From a virus (Duplodnaviria; Caudoviricetes), in IMG/VR virus record IMGVR_UViG_3300030102_003788, positions 1 to 56,431 of that record: a stretch of DNA of 56,431 nt; one strand, written 5' to 3'. Below, piece by piece: positions 26,055 to 34,600 of the stretch. Below the pieces are notes generated by a model. That model did no database searches. It was given only the letters and a program-made list of their open reading frames with translations, and was not told where the DNA came from. Position numbers and translations under genes: made by a program. The first letter of the stretch is position 1. Each line of letters begins with the position of its first letter.

Positions 26055-26083
26055 TTAAATAAGTATTTATACGTGTGATAATA
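26055..26083 (+). promoter_or_regulatory. Class-2 promoter-like motif heading the late block
   Basis: TTAAA-taagtatttatacgt-GTGATAATA, 30 nt upstream of ORF 26114. Confidence 0.55.
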
Positions 26084-26113
26084 CTGATAAGTAAGTAATT
26101 AAAAAAAACAATT

Positions 26114-26380
26114 ATGGCGTTCAAAATGAAGGGCTGGAGCCCATTTGATAAAAAACACGAAGATAAAGATACTATTGTAGAGCGAACAAAGGATAGAAAG
26201 TTTATGGATAAAGTTTACAAAGCGTTAGACGAAAGCGGTAAACTTCAAGACACTGGAGGTTATTCAGCAAGAGAATTGGCTGCAATGACTGAAAAAGAAA
26301 GAGCAGGTAATATAAATGATTATGAACCGGATTCTTTCAATAAGATGGTACAAGAAATGAAAGAAAAACTTAGTAAATAA
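26114..26380 (+). CDS. Small protein, MAFKMK family
   Basis: Starts MAFKMKGWSPF. Confidence 0.75.
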   Translation: MAFKMKGWSPFDKKHEDKDTIVERTKDRKFMDKVYKALDESGKLQDTGGYSARELAAMTEKERAGNINDYEPDSFNKMVQEMKEKLSK

Positions 26381-26383
26381 ATT

Positions 26384-26677
26384 ATGGCATTTAAACTAAA
26401 AGGTCCGACACTTTATAAAAATAAATATACTGAAGATGGTCTTGTTGACAAAGACATTCCAGAACTTAATCTTTCAGAAAGAGAGGATCCATATGTAACA
26501 TCAAGGATAGAAGCTCAAAAAAAGTTAGACTCAATTAATAAAATGAAGAGCAGCCCACTTGACAAATATGCATCGGCAGCTCAACGTAGAGCAGTTTGGG
26601 CTAATAAAGCTGATGGTGGTGCTGGTCACCCTGATAAGAAAAAGAAGAAGAGGAAAAAGAAAAGTAAAAAGAAATAA
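26384..26677 (+). CDS. Small protein, MAFKLK family
   Basis: Starts MAFKLKGP; internal KMKSSPL followed by YASAAQRRAVWA and poly-Lys. Confidence 0.75.
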   Translation: MAFKLKGPTLYKNKYTEDGLVDKDIPELNLSEREDPYVTSRIEAQKKLDSINKMKSSPLDKYASAAQRRAVWANKADGGAGHPDKKKKKRKKKSKKK

Positions 26678-26679
26678 AT

Positions 26680-26862
26680 ATGGCGTTTAAAATGAAAACA
26701 CCTTTCTTGCAACAATATTTAACTGAGTTCGAAGAGCAGAAGGCTAAAGATGACGCAGAACGTAAAAAGAAAATAGCAGAAAGAAACAAAATGTTAAACG
26801 AGCTAGGAATAGTACTACCAGAACCAAAATGTGGTGTAAACTTTTTTGGTATGAACAGATAA
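26680..26862 (+). CDS. Small protein, MAFKMK family
   Basis: Starts MAFKMKTPF. Confidence 0.7.
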   Translation: MAFKMKTPFLQQYLTEFEEQKAKDDAERKKKIAERNKMLNELGIVLPEPKCGVNFFGMNR

Positions 26863-26886
26863 TTAATAAACATAAAAAATATAAAA

Positions 26887-27399
26887 ATGGCATTTAAAAT
26901 GAAAGGACCTATGTTTTTTGGGTCAGCAATAAAAAAATACGGTAAAAAATCAGAACCAGTTGCAAAAATGAAAGGTGATTTAAACAAAGATGGTAAAATG
27001 TCTGATTACGAAAAAAATAGACAAGACGCTATAGACGAAAACATGGAGAAAGAAGGATCTGGTATGAATTACGGATCTCCTGTAAAAAATAGAGTAACAG
27101 AAGGTGGAAAATTAGTAAATCATACACATAAAGATGGATCAACGCACACTTATGCTGCACCAAAAACAAGACCTGATGGAACAGTAGCGCCTGGTGGTAC
27201 TGATGAAAAAGGAACAATAACACCAGCAACTAAAATGGCTCACGGTAGTAAAGATAAAAAAGGTGGCCCAAAGATGAAATATGGTAAAAAAGATCCTGCG
27301 CCTAAAATGGTTCACAGTGGTAAAAAGAAAAAAGGTGGTCCAAAGATGAAAGATAAGAATCCAGCGCCTAAAATGAATTACGAAAAAAAGAAAAAATAG
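26887..27399 (+). CDS. Basic repetitive protein, MAFKMK family
   Basis: Starts MAFKMKGP; repeated (P/A/T)KM units, MNYGSPV, and an EF-hand-like DLNKDGKMSDYE. Confidence 0.75.
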   Translation: MAFKMKGPMFFGSAIKKYGKKSEPVAKMKGDLNKDGKMSDYEKNRQDAIDENMEKEGSGMNYGSPVKNRVTEGGKLVNHTHKDGSTHTYAAPKTRPDGTVAPGGTDEKGTITPATKMAHGSKDKKGGPKMKYGKKDPAPKMVHSGKKKKGGPKMKDKNPAPKMNYEKKKK

Positions 27400-27445
27400 G
27401 GAAAGTCCCTAAACCAAGTCAATATTAACCAAAAATAAAACCAAA

Positions 27446-27736
27446 ATGACTTATTTATACTACAAGACTAGTACGTATACTAGCAATACTAAACCGAACG
27501 AAAAAACTATTAACCAGTGGAAGCATTTAGCTGACAAAAGTAATTGGAGAATAACACAATTACCTAACGGTTTTTATCAAACTGAGGTAAATGACCCAGA
27601 AAATGATAAAAATTGGCACGATGTTACACGTAGAGAGACCATAGAAGGTGCTGAAGCAGCAATTGATGGCAGCATCGACCATTTCTCTAAAAAATTAGAG
27701 GCTACAAAAGGCCCAAAAGTAGTAAAAACGTTCTAA
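27446..27736 (+). CDS. Conserved hypothetical phage protein
   Basis: NWRITQLPNGFYQTE...W.DVTRRETIEGAE; upstream of groEL. Confidence 0.7.
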   Translation: MTYLYYKTSTYTSNTKPNEKTINQWKHLADKSNWRITQLPNGFYQTEVNDPENDKNWHDVTRRETIEGAEAAIDGSIDHFSKKLEATKGPKVVKTF

Positions 27737-27768
27737 TAGAACAATAATTTAATTAAATTTAATCAAAT

Positions 27769-29334
27769 ATGGAATACAATCAACCTAGTGAGATTGTCAA
27801 AGACGTGAATTTTGGCGATTTTGCAAAAAACAAGGTAATTACGGGCGTTGAAAAGCTCGCAAAAGCAGTAAAATCAACCTTAGGTGCTTCTGGTAAGTGT
27901 GTTATTTACGAAGACGCACGCGGAAACCCGGTCATAACAAAAGATGGTGTAACCGTAGCTGAATCGGTAGTCTTATTTGACCCGGTTGAAAATATGGGTG
28001 CTACCCTTATTAAAGAAGCTGCTAGAAATACAGTGAAAGAAGCAGGTGACGGTACTACTACAGCTACTGTACTTGCTGAATCACTATTAAAAGAAGTAAA
28101 TAATAGTGAAGAAACTATTAGAGATATAAAAAACGGAATAAACTCCGGTTTAAAAAAGGTAAACGATTACCTAAATAAGATTTCTGTAAAGATCGAGGGC
28201 GATATGCTGGAATCTGTTAGTTCAATTAGTTGTAATAATGATGCAGAACTAGGAGAGATTATAGCGGAAGCTTATACTAAAGTAGGTAAAGATGGTGTGG
28301 TGTTAATGGAAGAGTCTCCAACAGAAGAAACGTATGTTGAAGTCGTAGATGGTGTACAAATAGACTCAGGACTCACATCTCCACATTTTATTACTGATAA
28401 AGACAAGCAAGTATGTGAGCTTGATAATCCTTTAGTATTAATCGTAACTTCAGAAATACCAAACATAAGAAAAATACAAAAAATACTAGAGTACGTTATA
28501 AAGAATAAAAGATCACTTTTGATAGTTGCTCCAGTAGAACAGCAGGTTAAAGCTGCACTTCTTATGAATAAAGTAAAAGGTAATATAAAAGTTAATATAG
28601 TTGACTTACCAGGCTTTGGTCCTACTAAAAACGATACATGTGAAGATTTAGCATTTTTAGTTGGAGCCAAGGTTATAAACGAACAATTAGGTGATGATCT
28701 TGATTTAATAGATATTGATTGCTTAGGTGAGGCGTATACAGCTATAACAGATGATAAAAACACTGTATTAACTATTGATACTCCACGCGAGCAAATGAAA
28801 GAACGGATAAAGAGTATTAAGAAAACTATAGATAAGTGGCATAAAAACCCATATATACAGAAAAAACATAGACAAAGACTAGCTATGTTAAACGGTAGTG
28901 TTGGTATTGTAAAAGTTGGTGCTAATTCTAAAGTTGAGATGAAAGAGAAAAAAGATAGAGTAGAAGACGCAATATATGCTACAAAAGCTGCTCTGAAAGA
29001 AGGTATTGTACCAGGTGGTGGTACTGCTCTTTTAAATGCTTCACAAAGCCTAACGAGTGATAACGAAGGTGAAAAAATACTTTTTAAAGCAATACAAGCT
29101 CCATTTCACACTATACTTGATAACGCTGGTTTAACACAAACAGCACCCCGCCCTGACAAAGGTCTAGGCGTTAATGTTGTAACAGGTGAAGCTGTTGATA
29201 TGATATCATCTGGTATTATTGATCCAGTGCTTGTTACAAAGTCAGCGCTTAAAAATGCGGTAAGTGTTGTTTCTACTATTATATCTGCAGATTGTGTAAT
29301 TTCAAATATGAGAACAAATGAAAGCGATAAATAG
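27769..29334 (+). CDS. groEL: Phage-encoded chaperonin GroEL
   Basis: ITKDGVTVA, GDGTTTATVLA, KDRVEDA, GIVPGGG and GIIDP motifs; lacks the GGM tail. Confidence 0.95.
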   Translation: MEYNQPSEIVKDVNFGDFAKNKVITGVEKLAKAVKSTLGASGKCVIYEDARGNPVITKDGVTVAESVVLFDPVENMGATLIKEAARNTVKEAGDGTTTATVLAESLLKEVNNSEETIRDIKNGINSGLKKVNDYLNKISVKIEGDMLESVSSISCNNDAELGEIIAEAYTKVGKDGVVLMEESPTEETYVEVVDGVQIDSGLTSPHFITDKDKQVCELDNPLVLIVTSEIPNIRKIQKILEYVIKNKRSLLIVAPVEQQVKAALLMNKVKGNIKVNIVDLPGFGPTKNDTCEDLAFLVGAKVINEQLGDDLDLIDIDCLGEAYTAITDDKNTVLTIDTPREQMKERIKSIKKTIDKWHKNPYIQKKHRQRLAMLNGSVGIVKVGANSKVEMKEKKDRVEDAIYATKAALKEGIVPGGGTALLNASQSLTSDNEGEKILFKAIQAPFHTILDNAGLTQTAPRPDKGLGVNVVTGEAVDMISSGIIDPVLVTKSALKNAVSVVSTIISADCVISNMRTNESDK

Positions 29335-29575
29335 ATATATAGTAATAAAAAATATAAAAACAGAGCCTAAAAAGGTTGCTGGCCTAATAATGACAGATGA
29401 TACTGACGTTGACAATAGGTATTTAAAAGCAAAAATAATATCGTGTGGTAATTTAGTTGAAGGATTACAAAATGGTGACACGATATATTACGATAAACAT
29501 GCTGGACACGACATATCATGGAAAGATACTCTTTATAGAGTTATTCGTGATAGTGATGTTGTTTTAGTAGATTAA
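29318..29575 (+). CDS. groES: Co-chaperonin GroES
   Basis: MKAINRYIVI...AGLIM...G...GDTIYY...VIRDSDVVLV GroES pattern; adjacent to groEL. Confidence 0.85.
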   Translation: MKAINRYIVIKNIKTEPKKVAGLIMTDDTDVDNRYLKAKIISCGNLVEGLQNGDTIYYDKHAGHDISWKDTLYRVIRDSDVVLVD

Positions 29576-29646
29576 GCCTAAACCACAAACCTAAACCCTA
29601 GAACCTAAAAACAAAAACAAATTATTAATTAAAAAAAAACAAAATT

Positions 29647-30015
29647 ATGAAATTATTTAAAATTCCAGGTGTTGCTTCTGACGCACTAGATGGACAAAAC
29701 ATGTTTGTTGACATAACTACATTACAAGATGTAGATATAACTGACGATGACTGTATTATTGCTGGTAATGGTTGGACTGTTACTTTTACTTTTGACGGTA
29801 CTGATGCTGCTGAAAAATTATTAAATGCTCAAAAAATGGCAGACTATTTAGTAGACAAAATGCTTCCTTATTTAGGTAATGATATGAACAGAAAAGAGTT
29901 CAATACTGTTTTCAAACTTTGGGACGGTCTAACTATAGCTGAGATTCACACAGAAACTGGTATAGTAAGAACTAGTGCTCCTAACACAGCATTAATATCT
30001 GTTGCACTATCTTAA
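29647..30015 (+). CDS. Hypothetical acidic protein, possibly structural
   Basis: 122-aa ORF with an A-rich leader. Confidence 0.6.
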   Translation: MKLFKIPGVASDALDGQNMFVDITTLQDVDITDDDCIIAGNGWTVTFTFDGTDAAEKLLNAQKMADYLVDKMLPYLGNDMNRKEFNTVFKLWDGLTIAEIHTETGIVRTSAPNTALISVALS

Positions 30016-30021
30016 TATTAA

Positions 30022-30462
30022 TTGAGATTAACTGCGCAGGATCTGCGTGAAATGAATATCCTTAAGTATTACAGGCTCACTAGAAAGTGGGTCTGTAAAA
30101 CTTACGGGTTAAAAGATGCAGATTTAGAATTATTAATTTATTTAGATTGTAAAGAAAGATTTACACGACAAGAGTTTATAGATGGTACTTATACGTACTC
30201 ATGGGACAAAGCAAGGTGGGACAGATTAAGAAGTGAAGGTTGGATAGATGTTTGGAGACATAGAAATAGAACAACTATAAAATATTCTATATTTAAAACT
30301 TCATGGAAATGCTCACAGATGATAAGTAGAATTTATAGAATACTTTTAGGTGATGAAGACTTACCTATATCAGAAAGAAGTATTTTTTATAAAAATAAAT
30401 CATATACAGATAAAGTTTACAATAAAGCTATAGATGATATGATAAAAGATAAAAATAGATAA
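30022..30462 (+). CDS. Hypothetical protein, possibly winged-helix (MarR-like); TTG start
   Basis: YGLKDADLELLIYL...RL..EGWI pattern. Confidence 0.5.
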   Translation: MRLTAQDLREMNILKYYRLTRKWVCKTYGLKDADLELLIYLDCKERFTRQEFIDGTYTYSWDKARWDRLRSEGWIDVWRHRNRTTIKYSIFKTSWKCSQMISRIYRILLGDEDLPISERSIFYKNKSYTDKVYNKAIDDMIKDKNR

Positions 30463-30463
30463 T

Positions 30464-30886
30464 ATGCCAAGAAAGTGTAAGGGTAGTTTTAAGATGAAAT
30501 ACAATAATGCAAGTTTTCCATTTAAAGGAGAAAACCATGACTTTTTACACGAAGGCTATAAAATAGTACGTAAGGATTTAGATGACGGTATACAAGGTGA
30601 GGCTGAAAATGGTAAAATTATCAATATAGATGTAAGTATACCTAAAGGTAGTAAAAAAGAAAAAGAAGTTATTGTACACGAGGTGCATCATCAAAAAGAG
30701 ATGGATAGTGGTAAATTATCTTACGATGATGACAGTGTAGAAGATAAAATAGCAAATAAAACATATACAAGAGAAGACGGTAATTTAATAGATGATAAAA
30801 CCGGAGAAGTTTTTGAAGAAGGAGATAAACGATTACCGCATGAAAAAAGAGCATACGCAAAAAGTGATAAAATAAAAAACGCATAA
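30464..30886 (+). CDS. Zincin-type (HExxH) metallopeptidase-like protein
   Basis: VIVHEVHH plus downstream PHEKRAY (third-ligand Glu); N-terminal SFKMK...FPF. Confidence 0.7.
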   Translation: MPRKCKGSFKMKYNNASFPFKGENHDFLHEGYKIVRKDLDDGIQGEAENGKIINIDVSIPKGSKKEKEVIVHEVHHQKEMDSGKLSYDDDSVEDKIANKTYTREDGNLIDDKTGEVFEEGDKRLPHEKRAYAKSDKIKNA

Positions 30887-30887
30887 T

Positions 30888-31475
30888 ATGGCATTTAAAA
30901 TGAATAGACCTTTAAAATTAAAAGGTCCAAAAAAATCAGTACTAAATTTAGGAAGAGCAAGAAATAAACCAAGTATATACTACAATAGCAAAATGGGTCC
31001 TATGTTATACACTTCGCCATCAGCGCTTAAACAAGCTGAAGAAGGTATGGGCGATATGGGTGGTATGGAAGCTATGATGGGCATGATGGGTGGAGGAGAA
31101 GCTCCTGTTGCCCCACAACCAACAGAATCAAAAGAAGAAAAAACAGGAGGTAAAGTAGAAAGCGCTTGGCAGTTTGATGCAATGGACTTAGAAAGTGGTG
31201 CTATGGGTAAGGTGCAAAAAGACGAAGCTACAGGTATGCTTTATGTTATTGTAGAAAATGACGATGAACTAATAGAAGGCATAGGTAAAGATGCAAAAGT
31301 ATTTTTACCACCAAATATAGTAAAAGATGCAGGTGCTAAAATTGGAGAGTTGCTTCCTGACAACGATTATCAAGTTCAGTTAAATACTGAAACTAATGAG
31401 TACGAAGTACAAGTTGTTAACCCATCTGGTGCAGGTCAAGAAGATTTTGAACCAGAATTTGAAGGAGGAGACTAA
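30888..31475 (+). CDS. Protein with MAFKM N-terminus, Gly/Met-rich linker and acidic C-terminal domain
   Basis: MAFKMNRP...YTSPSALKQ...GMGDMGGMEAMMGMMGGG. Confidence 0.7.
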   Translation: MAFKMNRPLKLKGPKKSVLNLGRARNKPSIYYNSKMGPMLYTSPSALKQAEEGMGDMGGMEAMMGMMGGGEAPVAPQPTESKEEKTGGKVESAWQFDAMDLESGAMGKVQKDEATGMLYVIVENDDELIEGIGKDAKVFLPPNIVKDAGAKIGELLPDNDYQVQLNTETNEYEVQVVNPSGAGQEDFEPEFEGGD

Positions 31476-31477
31476 TA

Positions 31478-31678
31478 ATGGAAATACAAGGAGGTGTTGG
31501 AACACCATTTAATCAAACAGAAAAACCAGTTTTTGACGAAAGCAAAGGTTGGAAAAAAGGAGAAGCTTACACTACTAAAAGTGGTAAAAAAGGCCATTAT
31601 GTTTTCGATCCTAATGGTAAAAAATATTTTATGACTAGTGATGGCAAGCTGCACACAGGACAAATAGACGATTTATAA
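31478..31678 (+). CDS. Small hypothetical protein
   Basis: 66-aa ORF with GTPF near the N-terminus. Confidence 0.6.
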   Translation: MEIQGGVGTPFNQTEKPVFDESKGWKKGEAYTTKSGKKGHYVFDPNGKKYFMTSDGKLHTGQIDDL

Positions 31679-31679
31679 T

Positions 31680-31961
31680 ATGGGATTATTTAAAACTATA
31701 GGAGGTGTTACTTCACCAGTATTACAAGTTACTGTGCCAAATTATTGGTACAAAGTAAACGGTAAAAAAGTAACCTACGAAGAATATAAAAAGGCTCACA
31801 AATACGGTGTTGACGGTAGAAGACCTAATTTACAAACTAATGACCCTGATCCTTTTGGTATAAAAGCTAAACACAAAGCAGATAGAGAAAAACTTAGAAA
31901 ACCTACTGTTTTAACTGAAGAGCAGACAAAAGTAAAGGAAGAACAAGAAAAGAAAAAATAA
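31680..31961 (+). CDS. Small hypothetical protein
   Basis: Starts MGLFK...TSPV. Confidence 0.6.
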   Translation: MGLFKTIGGVTSPVLQVTVPNYWYKVNGKKVTYEEYKKAHKYGVDGRRPNLQTNDPDPFGIKAKHKADREKLRKPTVLTEEQTKVKEEQEKKK

Positions 31962-31963
31962 AT

Positions 31964-32350
31964 ATGTTAGATAAATTATTTAGTGGCGGTGCCGCTGATT
32001 TAGTAAAAAACGTAGGTGGAGTTATAGATAACTTGCATACGTCAAAAGAAGAAAAGTTAGAAGCTGAAAAGCAAATAAAAGATATGATAATGGGTTATGA
32101 AGCTGAAATGCAAAAGCAAGTTACAGCAAGATGGCAGTTAGATATGAACTCAGATTCATGGCTTAGTAAAAACATAAGACCTTTGGTTTTAGTGTTTTTA
32201 GTAGTTAGCACGGTGTTATTAATATTTATTGACGCTGGTGTTATAGATTTTAAAGTAGAAGACAAATGGACTGACTTACTACAGTTAGTATTAATAACAG
32301 TGATTGGTGCCTACTTTGGTGGTAGATCACTAGAAAAAGTAAAAAAATAA
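31964..32350 (+). CDS. Holin (GTA 3TM holin-like family)
   Basis: RW..DM.SDSWLSKNIRP, two TM segments, and AYFGGRS.EK. Confidence 0.75.
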   Translation: MLDKLFSGGAADLVKNVGGVIDNLHTSKEEKLEAEKQIKDMIMGYEAEMQKQVTARWQLDMNSDSWLSKNIRPLVLVFLVVSTVLLIFIDAGVIDFKVEDKWTDLLQLVLITVIGAYFGGRSLEKVKK

Positions 32351-32354
32351 AAAT

Positions 32355-33134
32355 ATGGCAATAAGTAATTTTACAGTAAGAATAGAACCAGATATAATCG
32401 ATGGAGATGTATCAAAAGTAATAGGTGCTCAAACACCATCAGCAACAGACGCACCATTTCAATCTGGAGATATTCTTTTTGACTGGCAACCAATACAGGT
32501 TCCAAAAGGAACTAACAAATTAGTTAGTATATCAGGTTATATTATGGGGCAAGACGGTGGCGTTCAGGTAAATTCTGATATAGAGTTTGTGTTTGCTAAA
32601 ACAGTTAGTGGCGTAGCACCAACAACCCTTGGTGAAGAAAATGAACCTCAAACATTATGTTTTGAACTACCTAAACATCTTATTGGTTTTGCAAAAGTAG
32701 AAGGAACATCTTCAGCTACCGTAGGTGGAGAGTTTGGAGATTATTTTACTTCTAATTATGGAGGCGCAAACGGCGGTACACTTCCGCTTATACTGCAGGG
32801 TGAAACCACTGGTGTTAGTGTTGGTTTTGATACTATATACGTAGCAGCGTTTTGTGGTGGTGCAGTTGATTTTTCAACTGGAGTTAAACCAACCGCACAG
32901 GCGACTACATCCACAGATACAATAGCTGTTGATGGTGTTGATCCTAGAAAATGTTTTCAAATAGGCGACACAATTTACACAAACACAGATGATACTCCTT
33001 TAGGTACTGTTAAATCAATGAGTGCAAGTGAAATAGTGTTAAATGCAAATTTAGGTGCTCAAGTAGAAGATAATGAAGAAATAGTAAACGCAAACCCAAT
33101 AAGAGTAATTTTTGGTTTTGAAAAAAGTAGATAA
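32355..33134 (+). CDS. Probable virion structural protein
   Basis: Gly/Thr/Asp-rich beta composition, 259 aa. Confidence 0.55.
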   Translation: MAISNFTVRIEPDIIDGDVSKVIGAQTPSATDAPFQSGDILFDWQPIQVPKGTNKLVSISGYIMGQDGGVQVNSDIEFVFAKTVSGVAPTTLGEENEPQTLCFELPKHLIGFAKVEGTSSATVGGEFGDYFTSNYGGANGGTLPLILQGETTGVSVGFDTIYVAAFCGGAVDFSTGVKPTAQATTSTDTIAVDGVDPRKCFQIGDTIYTNTDDTPLGTVKSMSASEIVLNANLGAQVEDNEEIVNANPIRVIFGFEKSR

Positions 33135-33165
33135 AATTAAATTAAATTAACTTAAATTAAATAAA

Positions 33166-33438
33166 ATGGCAAAAAAAGAAAAAGTCGTAGACTTAAAACC
33201 TACGCAAGTAAGTGAAAAACACTTAAAAGAAATACAAACAACTGTTAGCGAAATAAACAAAACTTATATGGAGCTTGGTAGATTACTAACAACTCAACAT
33301 AGTTTTTTACACAATTTAGCTAATAAACAAGAAATATTAACTTCTCTTCAAAAAGATCTTAAAAAAGAATATGGTACTGATAATATCAATATTGAAGATG
33401 GTACTATAAACTATTCAGAAGATGACAAAGTTAATTAG
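33166..33438 (+). CDS. Hypothetical coiled-coil protein
   Basis: Heptad pattern ending L.KEYG..NINI.DG.I. Confidence 0.65.
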   Translation: MAKKEKVVDLKPTQVSEKHLKEIQTTVSEINKTYMELGRLLTTQHSFLHNLANKQEILTSLQKDLKKEYGTDNINIEDGTINYSEDDKVN

Positions 33439-33643
33439 AAAAATAAGCGTTGGTAAAGATTATAAGAACGATGCAATGCATTATTCTGTCGGTCAAGAGG
33501 TTTATGGTGGTCATACTATTTGTGATATATTAGAAGAAAAAGATAAGTATTCTATTTATATTAAAAAAAATAAAAACGTACTACCTTGGAAGGACTTTAA
33601 CAAAAATATGGCCGTATCTGTAGAATATAATCTAGAATACTAA
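33422..33643 (+). CDS. Conserved hypothetical phage protein
   Basis: LIRKIS.G.DYK..AMHY.VGQ.VYGGH...WK.FN.NMA.S.EY. Confidence 0.7.
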   Translation: MTKLIRKISVGKDYKNDAMHYSVGQEVYGGHTICDILEEKDKYSIYIKKNKNVLPWKDFNKNMAVSVEYNLEY

Positions 33644-34026
33644 TGCATGGCTTTGTTGAGATGTTAAAAGATCTCAATATTACCAAACAACAATTAAATA
33701 CTATAACACGCTCTGGAATAACAATAGAGTTTGAAAGTGATTTTTATTATAAAGATAAATCAAATATACACGGTGTTGGTGTTTTTGCTTTGAAAAACAT
33801 AAACAAAGGAGAAGTTGTAGGTATTGGTAGTATTGATAATAAATATAAAACAACACTAGGAAGATTTACAAACCATAGTGATAATAATAACTGTATGTTT
33901 TATTACTTAAAAAACAATGATGTTGTTATGGTTGCTACTAAAAATATAAGTAAAAACAAAGAAATACTTATAAACTATAGAGACCACGTATTAAATAAAA
34001 TTTACTTAAATGAAAAGTGTTTATAA
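33643..34026 (+). CDS. SET-domain protein-lysine methyltransferase-like protein
   Basis: SNIHGVGVFA, RFTNHS and EILINY SET signature motifs. Confidence 0.82.
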   Translation: MHGFVEMLKDLNITKQQLNTITRSGITIEFESDFYYKDKSNIHGVGVFALKNINKGEVVGIGSIDNKYKTTLGRFTNHSDNNNCMFYYLKNNDVVMVATKNISKNKEILINYRDHVLNKIYLNEKCL

Positions 34027-34600
34027 TTTTGTTGTTAAGCCTAAGGGCCAAAGATATAATAATAAAAAAAAGATTGGTGATTCAGAACTAATACTTAATA
34101 CTGAAATATTTAATCATCAATATGTTAATAGAGAGGCTATAGTTGTATCAACACCAATAATAAGTAATACAAATATAATACCAGGTGATACAGTTATAGT
34201 ACATCATAATGTTTTTAGACGTTGGCACAATGTAAAAGGTATTGAAAAAAATAGTAAAGCTTATTTTGATGAAAATAATTATTTAATAAATAGCGATCAA
34301 ATATTTTTATACAAAAGAAAAAACAAGTGGATAGCACCAAAAGGTTATTGTTTTGTAAAACCTTTAAAAGCTGTTGATAAGTTTAACATTAAATCTGAAA
34401 GACCACTGCAAGGTATTGTTAAATACTCTGATGGTACTGTAAATATTGGAGATTTAATAGGTTTTAGACCTAATAGTGAATATGAATTTATAGTTGATGG
34501 TGAAAGACTATATAGAGTTTTATCTAATTTTATTACAATTAAATATGAATATCAAGGAAACGAAGAAACTTATAATCCAAGCTGGGCACAGAGCAGTTGA
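34010..34600 (+). CDS. Putative tandem GroES-like (two-domain) co-chaperonin
   Basis: Two GroES-like units: FVVKP...AIVVSTP...GDTVIV and CFVKP...GIVKY...GDLIGF...EFIVDGERLYRV. Confidence 0.5.
   Translation: MKSVYNFVVKPKGQRYNNKKKIGDSELILNTEIFNHQYVNREAIVVSTPIISNTNIIPGDTVIVHHNVFRRWHNVKGIEKNSKAYFDENNYLINSDQIFLYKRKNKWIAPKGYCFVKPLKAVDKFNIKSERPLQGIVKYSDGTVNIGDLIGFRPNSEYEFIVDGERLYRVLSNFITIKYEYQGNEETYNPSWAQSS

Noticed and set aside
27397-27411. TAGGGA-aag-TCCCTA hairpin as a terminator
   Set aside because: Only a 6-bp stem with no U-tract, so too weak to call.
29576-29646. AAACC-rich repeats (also near 27411-27445 and 19041-19057) as a distinct repeat element
   Set aside because: Short, irregular and confined to 5' leaders; best explained as unstructured A-rich translation-initiation regions.
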